Below are positions 57,246 through 64,000 of a DNA stretch of 64,000 bases, piece by piece. Where the stretch lies: contig JAWSUI010000009.1 in NCBI GenBank assembly GCA_033551855.1, positions 1 to 64,000 on the forward strand. The letters are read 5' to 3'. Made by a program: the position numbers and the translations under genes. How positions within the stretch are numbered: position 1 is the first letter of the stretch; each line of letters starts with the position of its first letter. Source of the stretch: Deferrisomatales bacterium (GTDB lineage: Bacteria > Desulfobacterota > Deferrisomatia > Deferrisomatales > JACRMM01). The notes under the pieces were generated by a model. That model did no database searches. It had not been told where the DNA came from and was given only the letters and a program-made list of their open reading frames with translations.

Positions 57246-57593
57246 ATGCGGCAAACTGTCGTCTGGGCGCTGTTGGGGGTGGCCGTGTGGAGCTCCGCGG
57301 CCTGGGGTCTGGGGTCCCGCCCGAACGGCCCCCCCGCCCCCCGCTCCGACAAGGACGCGCTCCAGCTCATCGCCGAGGCGGTCCAGGGCGGCGAGATCGA
57401 CGCCGACACGGCGGTGCTGTACCGGGTGTACGCGGTCATGGACGGTGCGAAGCTGCCGTCCCGGTTCCACAGCACCGTGCCCCTGCGCGACGGCACCCCG
57501 ATCCTGCGGGAGGCCAGGAGCCGGTACCCGGACCTCCGGCCCGACGTCCGCGAAGCCTTGGACCCGTATCTCTTTCCCGGAGGCAGACCATGA
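57246..57593 (+). CDS. Small exported protein homologous to the propeptide of the downstream metalloprotease
   Basis: Signal peptide; GEIDADTAVLYRVYA..LP..RDGTPILR aligns with GELDRATADLYRLYA..LP..RCGTPILR in the next gene. Confidence 0.8.
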   Translation: MRQTVVWALLGVAVWSSAAWGLGSRPNGPPAPRSDKDALQLIAEAVQGGEIDADTAVLYRVYAVMDGAKLPSRFHSTVPLRDGTPILREARSRYPDLRPDVREALDPYLFPGGRP

Positions 57594-59686
57594 GGGTGCG
57601 GTGGGTTTTCGGAGCGGCCCTGGCCCTGGGGCTCCTGGGCGGGAGCTACGGGGCCCACGGCACCCCCCGCTCCGGGCCCCTCACCGGGCTCGACACCCGT
57701 CCGGCGGCGCTCACGGCCGCCGGGGAGCTCGACCGGGCTACCGCCGACCTGTATCGGCTCTACGCGCTGATGGCCGCCGACCGGCTGCCCCGTGAGCTCC
57801 GGGCCGAGTCGCCGGAAGGCACGGCCGCGAAGATCGGTCTACCCCTCGCCTCCGGGCCTGCCGGCCACCGGTGCGGCACGCCGATCCTCCGCGCGGTCCG
57901 GGCCCGTCTGGACGAGCTCCCGGCCGAGCTGCGGGCGGAGGCCGAGGAGCTGCTCGCCCCGCCCCGGCCGGCGGCGGCCCGTTCGGCCGGGCAGGTCGGG
58001 GGAAAGGACTTCTCCCCCGTGCTCCTCAACTGGGTCGTCACGGAGAACTTTTCCATCCAGTGGGGGCCGGACCTGACCAACGAGGACGGCTCGCTCCCGG
58101 TGCGCGACCTGGACGCCAACGGCATCCCGGACGTCGTCGAGCGCTGGGCGGAGCTCTTCGAGGCCAGCTACCGTACCGTGGCCGAGGTGCTCAAGCCGGG
58201 GGTGCCGGACACCGTCCCCGAGGGAACGGCGCTGGCGTCCCACCGGGTCCCCGTCTACATCGCGAACTCCTCGCCGGATCAGCTCTTCGAGAACATCGAC
58301 CCCACGTCCGGGATCTACGCCTTTACCGTCAGCAGCCCGATCCCCTACATCGTCGTCAACAACGACCTCCGGTTCGTGCCCCCCAACGACGAGGGCCCCA
58401 CCGCAGAGGACAGGATTCGAGGGGCCATGAAGATCACCGCGGCCCACGAATTCTTCCACGTGATCCACTTCCTCTACGAGCCCTCCGTCTGGAACGTAAT
58501 CGAGGACGACTGGTGGCTGGAGACCAGCGCCACGTGGATGGAGGACGAGGTCTTCGGCGGGGTCAACGACTACCACCAGTACTACCCCGGCTGGACCTTC
58601 TTCGTGGAGGCAGGTCTCCCGGTGCCCTTCGGTGACGACCACTACGTGACCCGGGCCTACGGTGGGGCAATCTTCGCCAAGTACCTCTCAGAGCACGTGG
58701 CGGGGCGTCGGATGATGGGGGAGCTCTGGGACCTCATCCGCCCGGCCCCAGCCCCCGGCCGGCGCATCCTCCAGGCCCTGGATGTCTGGGCTGCTTCCCG
58801 AGGGTTTTCCGACCTCGAGGAGATGTTCCTCGGCTTCACCGCAGCCAACGCGGTGATGGACTACGAGGAGGGGGGAGCCTACGGAGCGGTGCCGATCCGC
58901 AAGGACTCCCTCACGGCGGACAGCACGACGGACCTGCTGCCGCCGGTCTTCCCGCCACAGCCGCAGCGGATCCCGGCGCCGAGCTACCTGGGGGCCACCT
59001 ACCTGCTCGAAACGGGCGGGGGCGGGCCCGGTGTCCAGGTCGCCCTGTCCGGGGCCCCCGCCGAGCGCTGGGGGCTTTCTCTCGTGCTGGCCCACCCCGA
59101 GGGGTACAGCCTGGCGCTCGGGGCGAGCGCGCCCGACGGCGAAACGAGCATTGCGGTCACGTCGCTCGTCGACTTCGACCGCGTCTACGCGATACCCTCG
59201 TACCTGACCCCACCCGTTGACCCCGCTGCCTCGGTGTCGTACGCCACCACGGCGACCGCAGTGGCAGCCGGTGATCCGGTTCCCCCGGGAGGGGTGGGGG
59301 CCCTCTCCCTCACACCGGCGGTCGGAGGCTTCGACGCCTCCTGGTCGCCGCCGGGGGACCCCGACGCGGCGGGCCACGTGGTGCGCTGGAAACTCGAGAA
59401 TGAGGGAACGTTCCTCGGCAGCCGGACCTTCGTCGCCCCCGTGACCGCGGCGGAGGTGCGCGGACTCGACGTGGGCACCTACGACGTGGATGTTTTCGCC
59501 TACGACCGGACCGGGAACCGGGGGCCCTCCCCGGCCGTCCTCCCCCAGGTCGTCGTGAGCGAGGCCGGGCGAGAGGCGGCGATTCCACCCGCCGACGAGA
59601 TCATCCTGGGGGCAGGCCAGACCGTTCCGACCTCCGGCGGTGGCGGCGGTGGTGGCGGGTGCTTCCTGACGTCCCTGGGCCCCTGA
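57590..59686 (+). CDS. Secreted gluzincin-type metalloprotease (MXAN_6640-like) with FN3-like domain and Gly-rich/Cys C-terminal tail
   Basis: Signal peptide; RCGT; DLDANGIPD; TAAHEFFH..WWLETSATWMED; FN3-like W...Y.V.V.AYD..GN; ends GGGGGGGGCFLTSLGP. Confidence 0.85.
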   Translation: MRVRWVFGAALALGLLGGSYGAHGTPRSGPLTGLDTRPAALTAAGELDRATADLYRLYALMAADRLPRELRAESPEGTAAKIGLPLASGPAGHRCGTPILRAVRARLDELPAELRAEAEELLAPPRPAAARSAGQVGGKDFSPVLLNWVVTENFSIQWGPDLTNEDGSLPVRDLDANGIPDVVERWAELFEASYRTVAEVLKPGVPDTVPEGTALASHRVPVYIANSSPDQLFENIDPTSGIYAFTVSSPIPYIVVNNDLRFVPPNDEGPTAEDRIRGAMKITAAHEFFHVIHFLYEPSVWNVIEDDWWLETSATWMEDEVFGGVNDYHQYYPGWTFFVEAGLPVPFGDDHYVTRAYGGAIFAKYLSEHVAGRRMMGELWDLIRPAPAPGRRILQALDVWAASRGFSDLEEMFLGFTAANAVMDYEEGGAYGAVPIRKDSLTADSTTDLLPPVFPPQPQRIPAPSYLGATYLLETGGGGPGVQVALSGAPAERWGLSLVLAHPEGYSLALGASAPDGETSIAVTSLVDFDRVYAIPSYLTPPVDPAASVSYATTATAVAAGDPVPPGGVGALSLTPAVGGFDASWSPPGDPDAAGHVVRWKLENEGTFLGSRTFVAPVTAAEVRGLDVGTYDVDVFAYDRTGNRGPSPAVLPQVVVSEAGREAAIPPADEIILGAGQTVPTSGGGGGGGGCFLTSLGP

Positions 59687-59734
59687 GCCCGCCCCCAAGA
59701 CGGCCAGATCACCGGGGATTTTCCCCAACGGCTC

Positions 59735-60163
59735 TCAACCCGGTGCACTACCTTGCAGCCGGGTCACCGCCTCTCGCAGATACCCCGGCACCGGCGTGGG
59801 GGCGTGGGACTCCCGGTCCAGGACCACGTAGATCTCCACCCCCTCGGCCACCAGGCGGCCCGTCGCCTCCTCCGTGGCCCGGAGGCCGAAGGTGAGGGAG
59901 GTGTTGCCCACGCGGGTGACGCGGACCCCGCAGACGAGGGTCTCCCCGAAGCCGCCGGAGGAGCGGAAGTCGCACTCCGCCCGGGCCAGCACCAGGTCGT
60001 GGCCGCGGCGGGTCAGTTCGGCGTAGGGCAGGCCCAGCGCCTCCAGATAGTCGGTGATGGCGTCGTCGAAGTACACGAAGTAGTTGGCGTTGAACACGTG
60101 TCCCTGGGTGTCGGTGTCCGAAAAACGGACCTTACGCTGGTAGACGACCGGGTACTCCGCCAT
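59735..60163 (-). CDS. Acyl-CoA thioesterase (4HBT/YbgC family)
   Basis: VRFSDTDTQGHVFNANYFVYFD. Confidence 0.92.
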   Translation of the reverse strand: MAEYPVVYQRKVRFSDTDTQGHVFNANYFVYFDDAITDYLEALGLPYAELTRRGHDLVLARAECDFRSSGGFGETLVCGVRVTRVGNTSLTFGLRATEEATGRLVAEGVEIYVVLDRESHAPTPVPGYLREAVTRLQGSAPG

Positions 60164-60187
60164 CCGCCCTCCTCCTTCTCAAGATGT

Positions 60188-61570
60188 TCAGCCCGTTCCC
60201 GGCGGACGGGGCCCTTCCCCGCCGCGCGGCCCCTCCACATCCCCTGCCAGCGCCCCGGCGCCCATCAAGGCGAGGCCGCGCCACCCGACCTCTAGGAGCC
60301 GTGCCAGGCCCAGCTCGCGCCCCAGCGCCCCGAGCAGGTACCCCCGGGCCGCGACCTCGAAGGAGAAACCCGGGTGGAGGAGGCGGGCGGTTCCTTCCAC
60401 CGTGATGAGGGCCTTGGCCAGCAGGCCGTACTTGCGGGGAAAGCTGACGCGGTGCCGGTGCACGGCGCCCAGGATGCCCCGGCCGATGCGGGAGAGGGAC
60501 GTCTCCCCCAGGGAGGGGCCCAGGGCCTCGTCCATGATCCGGCCCACGGCCTGCGCGAAACCCGCCGCCTCCTGGGGCGGCACGTGCACCCCCAGCCCCG
60601 CCAGGTGGCGCAGGGCGAGGGGGGCATCCCGGGAGAGCAGTCCGGCCAGGGCGCCCAGCACGTCCCGGCGCTCCCGCGGGCTCAGGCGGCCGGTGATGCC
60701 GAAGTCGAGGTACGCGATCTCGCCCTGTGGGGTGATCAGGAGGTTCGCAGGGTGGAGGTCCGCGTGGAACAGGCCGTCCCGGACCACCTGCTGGAGAAAG
60801 GCCCGGGCGCCCCGTTCCGCCAGCTCGGCGTAATCGCTGCGGCCGCGGGCCGCGGCCGCGGAGATCTTCACCCCCTCCACGTACTCGGCCGTCAGGACCC
60901 GTCGGGTGGTCCAGCCCCAGTGGACGCGGGGGATCCGGATGCCGGGAAAGTCCCGGAAGTTCCTCCCCAGGGCGCCGGCCACCTCGGCCTCGCGCCGGAA
61001 GTCGAGCTCCTCCTCGAAGGTCTCGCGGAGCTCCCCCCAGAGGGCGGCCGCATCCAGGCGGCTCCCCAAGGGCGTCAGGCGCACCAGGAAGGGGAGCAGG
61101 TCCGCCGCGAGGCGCAGGTCCCGCCGCATGGACGCCGCTGCCCCCGGGCGCTGGACCTTGACGGCCACCGCCTCCCCCCTCGGGAGCACGGCCCGGTGGA
61201 CCTGGCTCAAGGAAGCCGCGGCGAGGGGCTGCGGGTCGAAATCCCGGAACAGCCGGGCCAGGGGCGCACCCAGCTCGGCTTCCACCCGCCGGCGAACTTG
61301 ATCGAAGGCTACCGGCTCGGCCCGGTCCTGGAGGCGCTCGAGCTCGGCCAGGGCGTCGGGAGGCACCAGATCGGGGCGGACCGAGAGCAACTGCCCGAGC
61401 TTGATGAATGCCGGGCCCAGGCGCTCGAAGGCCCGGCGCACGGACGCGGCCAGAGGGGCCCAGGAACGGGAGCGCACGCTGCCCGCAGCTCCCCAGGCCC
61501 CCGCCCACGCCAGGGCGGCGAGCACCGCTCCCAGCCGGACCGCTCCCTCAACCCTCCCCACGGCCGGCAA
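60188..61570 (-). CDS. ABC1/UbiB (AarF) family atypical kinase
   Basis: LGPAFIKLGQLLSVRPDL, AAASLSQVHRA, VAVKVQRPG, FHADLHPAN, LDFG. Confidence 0.92.
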   Translation of the reverse strand: MPAVGRVEGAVRLGAVLAALAWAGAWGAAGSVRSRSWAPLAASVRRAFERLGPAFIKLGQLLSVRPDLVPPDALAELERLQDRAEPVAFDQVRRRVEAELGAPLARLFRDFDPQPLAAASLSQVHRAVLPRGEAVAVKVQRPGAAASMRRDLRLAADLLPFLVRLTPLGSRLDAAALWGELRETFEEELDFRREAEVAGALGRNFRDFPGIRIPRVHWGWTTRRVLTAEYVEGVKISAAAARGRSDYAELAERGARAFLQQVVRDGLFHADLHPANLLITPQGEIAYLDFGITGRLSPRERRDVLGALAGLLSRDAPLALRHLAGLGVHVPPQEAAGFAQAVGRIMDEALGPSLGETSLSRIGRGILGAVHRHRVSFPRKYGLLAKALITVEGTARLLHPGFSFEVAARGYLLGALGRELGLARLLEVGWRGLALMGAGALAGDVEGPRGGEGPRPPGTG

Positions 61571-61901
61571 ATCTCTCCAGTTTCTCCTCGAGCCCCCGGA
61601 GCCGGGCCCGCAGCTCCTCCACCTCGGCCCGGAGGTCCGTGCCGTCGTCCCGATGCAGGAACCCCATCTGTCGGAGCTCCGCGGTGAAGGCCTCAGAGAG
61701 GATCCCCTTGAGCGACTCCTTCTCCTGCTCCACCGCCAAGAGGAACTCCTGATACTGCTGCCGCACGTCCTGGGGCGTCTCCCTCGCGCGCCGCAGGGCG
61801 TCCCGGATCCAGTCGTCGGCCTTTTCGTGGAGGAGCAGCCACGCCCCGAAGAAGGCGAGGCTCCCCTTTTCGCCGGGGGAAGGCATGCGGTCCATCGTCA
61901 T
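61548..61901 (-). CDS. Phasin-like coiled-coil protein
   Basis: Amphipathic N-terminus and EVEELRARLRGLEEKL tail; GGAGG RBS; overlaps the ABC1 kinase start. Confidence 0.6.
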   Translation of the reverse strand: MTMDRMPSPGEKGSLAFFGAWLLLHEKADDWIRDALRRARETPQDVRQQYQEFLLAVEQEKESLKGILSEAFTAELRQMGFLHRDDGTDLRAEVEELRARLRGLEEKLERFAGRGEG

Positions 61902-61953
61902 CTCCTCCGCAAGGCGGGTCCGTCGCGGCCTCGGCACGACCTCGCCGGGCACG

Positions 61954-62187
61954 AGTGACTCAAACCACAGGTCCGAGTGATACCGAGGACGCCCCTGCAC
62001 CCGGGCTGCAAGGCGCGAGGAGCGAGAATACTGGCCAAATTCCACCGATGATTTCGCAGAAGCTCGGAATCGGACAGCCGCAGGCTGCCGGCAGGCGAGG
62101 GCCATGGATGGTCCGAGTCACGAGCAACGCCGCAGACCGGAATGCAGGGGCGGCCGAATCACCTTCGCAATTGTGGTTTGAGGCACT
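61954..62187. mobile_element. Putative MITE (family C) with long imperfect terminal inverted repeats
   Basis: agtgactcaaaccaca...cgcccctgca versus tgcaggggcg...tgtggtttgaggcact; 15 of 16 terminal bases match; boundaries CGAG/CTAG. Confidence 0.65.
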
Positions 62188-62233
62188 AGACCACGGTTGC
62201 CCTCGCGCCGCAACGGAAAAGCCCCCTCAAGTC

Positions 62234-62442
62234 GGTTCATCCGGGAAATGACCGGGTACTCGTGTCCAGGGACGACCGGGTGGGCCCGGCCACGCAGGCG
62301 GACGGCCGCTCGACGGGAGCAGCCCCTTCGGGACCAGCGATGCCGCGAGGATTCCGGATGGGGCGCGGGAGCACACCTACCGTACAGTTCGGCATCGTCC
62401 GCCGGAGGGGGCGGGCCCACCCGGTCGTTTACCGGAAGAACC
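62234..62442. mobile_element. 209-bp ISL3-like MITE (family A), copy 2, with exact 8-bp target-site duplication
   Basis: 24-bp TIR with 3 mismatches; flanked by ctcaagtc at 62226-62233 and 62443-62450. Confidence 0.92.
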
Positions 62443-62503
62443 CTCAAGTCCGCCCCGCCGGTGCCGATCAGAGGGCGGGAACGGGTCTGCTCAGGAGGGC
62501 ACG

Positions 62504-63304
62504 ATGGATCTCGCCACCATTCTCGGTCTCGCCGCCGGCGTAGGACTGATCGTTTCGGCCCTCCTCCTGGGGGGGGCGCCGCTGGCCTTCGTGGACCTCC
62601 CGGCGCTGCTCATCGTGCTCGGGGGGATGACGGCCGTAACCTTCGTCATGTTCCCCTTGCGGACCGTCCTCGGGTCGATCCGGGTCGCCGTCAAGGCTTT
62701 TCGAGAAGACCCGTGGAACCTCGATGCGATCATCGATCAGATGGTAAGTCTCTCCCGCCTGGCCAGGACCAACGGCATCCTCGCCCTGGAGGACGCCGAG
62801 AGGGAGATCCAGAATCCCTTTCTCAAGAAGGGCATCCAGCTCGCCGTGGACGGCAACGAAGAGGAACTCATCCGGTTCATCATGGCCACCGACGTGAGCT
62901 TCACGAGGGAGCGCCACCTGATCGGCCAGAAAGTGTTCCGCCAGTTGGGCGCCATGGGGCCGGCCTTCGGGATGATCGGCACCCTGATCGGCCTGGTCCA
63001 GATGCTGCGCACGTTGGACGACCCCTCCTCCATCGGCCCGGCCATGGCGGTGGCTCTCCTCACGACCTTCTATGGGGCCCTCCTCTCGAACCTGGTGTTC
63101 CTCCCCATCGCCAACAAGCTGGAGTTTCGAAGCAAGGAGGAGGCGCTGGCCAAGCAGGTCGTGACGGAAGGAATCATCTCCATCATGCAGGGCGCCAACC
63201 CCAAAGTACTCAAGGACAAGCTCGAGGCCTTCGTGTCCCCGACGATGCGCCGGGACAAGCGCGACGGCTCTCCGACCGTGATGACCACCGAAGAGGCGGC
63301 GTAG
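62504..63304 (+). CDS. motA: Flagellar stator A subunit (PomA/MotA)
   Basis: MDLATILG, ARTNGILALE, PAFGMIGTLIGLVQML, AVALLTTFYG. Confidence 0.93.
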   Translation: MDLATILGLAAGVGLIVSALLLGGAPLAFVDLPALLIVLGGMTAVTFVMFPLRTVLGSIRVAVKAFREDPWNLDAIIDQMVSLSRLARTNGILALEDAEREIQNPFLKKGIQLAVDGNEEELIRFIMATDVSFTRERHLIGQKVFRQLGAMGPAFGMIGTLIGLVQMLRTLDDPSSIGPAMAVALLTTFYGALLSNLVFLPIANKLEFRSKEEALAKQVVTEGIISIMQGANPKVLKDKLEAFVSPTMRRDKRDGSPTVMTTEEAA

Positions 63305-63307
63305 CCC

Positions 63308-64000
63308 GTGCAGCCGAACCCGCCGTGGTTGAGCCGGGACCCTCGGGAGGAGGCAGAGCACGCCGTTCCGGCGTGGACGGTCACCTTCGCCGACCTGGCC
63401 CTCCTGCTCCTGACGTTCTTCGTCCTCCTCCTGTCCTTCGCCAACCTGGACGCCCAGAAGTTCCGAGACATGCTCGGCAGCGTGAAGGACGCCTTCGGGG
63501 TGCAGAAACAGACCGTCGGCGACGCCTCCGCTCGGGCCGCGGGGGCGATCGACCTGTCGGCACACCAGGGCGCCGGCTGGCGCCTGGACCCTGCTCCCGG
63601 GGAGGCAGGCCACTCCCCACCGATGGATCAAGCCCTCACCATCATCCGGGCGAGATTCGAGGGCTTGGGGGGCGGTACGGAGGTCCTGGCGGGAGACGAG
63701 GAAGTCACCGTGCGGGTGGCCGGAAAGCTTCTCTTCCTCGCGGGCTCGGCGGAGCTTCGCCCGGAAGCCGCCGAGATCATGGCCCGCGTGGGGGGTGTGC
63801 TCCGGCAGTACGTCTTCGACCTGTACATCCTCGGGCACACCGACGCAGTTCCGTTCGAGACGGCCCAGTTTCCCAGCAATTGGGAGCTGAGCTCGGCCCG
63901 GGCGGCGGCCGCCCTGCGCCACCTGGTGGCGGAAGGGGCCGACCCCCGGCGCCTGGTGGCCCTGGGGCTCGCGGACACCCGACCCATCGAACCCAACACC
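63308..64000 (+). CDS. motB: Flagellar stator B subunit (PomB/MotB), truncated by the window end
   Basis: WTVTFADLALLLLTFFVLLLSF, GHTD, SNWELSSARA OmpA-like domain; absent from the ORF track because there is no stop in the window. Confidence 0.92.
   Translation, partial: MQPNPPWLSRDPREEAEHAVPAWTVTFADLALLLLTFFVLLLSFANLDAQKFRDMLGSVKDAFGVQKQTVGDASARAAGAIDLSAHQGAGWRLDPAPGEAGHSPPMDQALTIIRARFEGLGGGTEVLAGDEEVTVRVAGKLLFLAGSAELRPEAAEIMARVGGVLRQYVFDLYILGHTDAVPFETAQFPSNWELSSARAAAALRHLVAEGADPRRLVALGLADTRPIEPNT

Overview
High-GC window, densely coding, with gene content and order typical of a Deltaproteobacteria-type (Desulfobacterota/Deferrisoma-like) chromosome; the taxonomy is inferred. Housekeeping genes: the F0 part of a split ATP synthase operon, hemL, glnE, pgpA-cinA-thpR-recA-pilT-alaS, thiE/thiM, gap, argS, degP, a class I adenylate cyclase and a pomAB-like stator pair. 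Accessory blocks: a TetR-TolC-MFP-RND-P-II-like-RND efflux operon, a CoA-transferase catabolic operon, a PA2778/PA2779 pair and a secreted metalloprotease. Best leads: (1) a hidden in-frame UGA (CGU motif followed by a SECIS-like hairpin) joining two ORFs into an exported UshA-fold selenoprotein with a tetraheme cytochrome c tail, translationally coupled to glnE and a pseudo-receiver/J-domain protein; (2) a small exported protein that is a stand-alone copy of the next gene's metalloprotease propeptide, with the putative cysteine-switch Cys replaced by Asp, a candidate in-trans inhibitor; (3) an RND adaptor whose alpha-hairpin is doubled by a nested A-A'-B-B' duplication, serving two tandem paralogous pumps; (4) three families of short non-autonomous inverted-repeat elements, one ISL3-like with an exact 8-bp target duplication, plus several structured non-coding regions. 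No rRNA, tRNA or CRISPR array was recognised. Start codons were read by eye and some are uncertain; no searches or folding programs were run.
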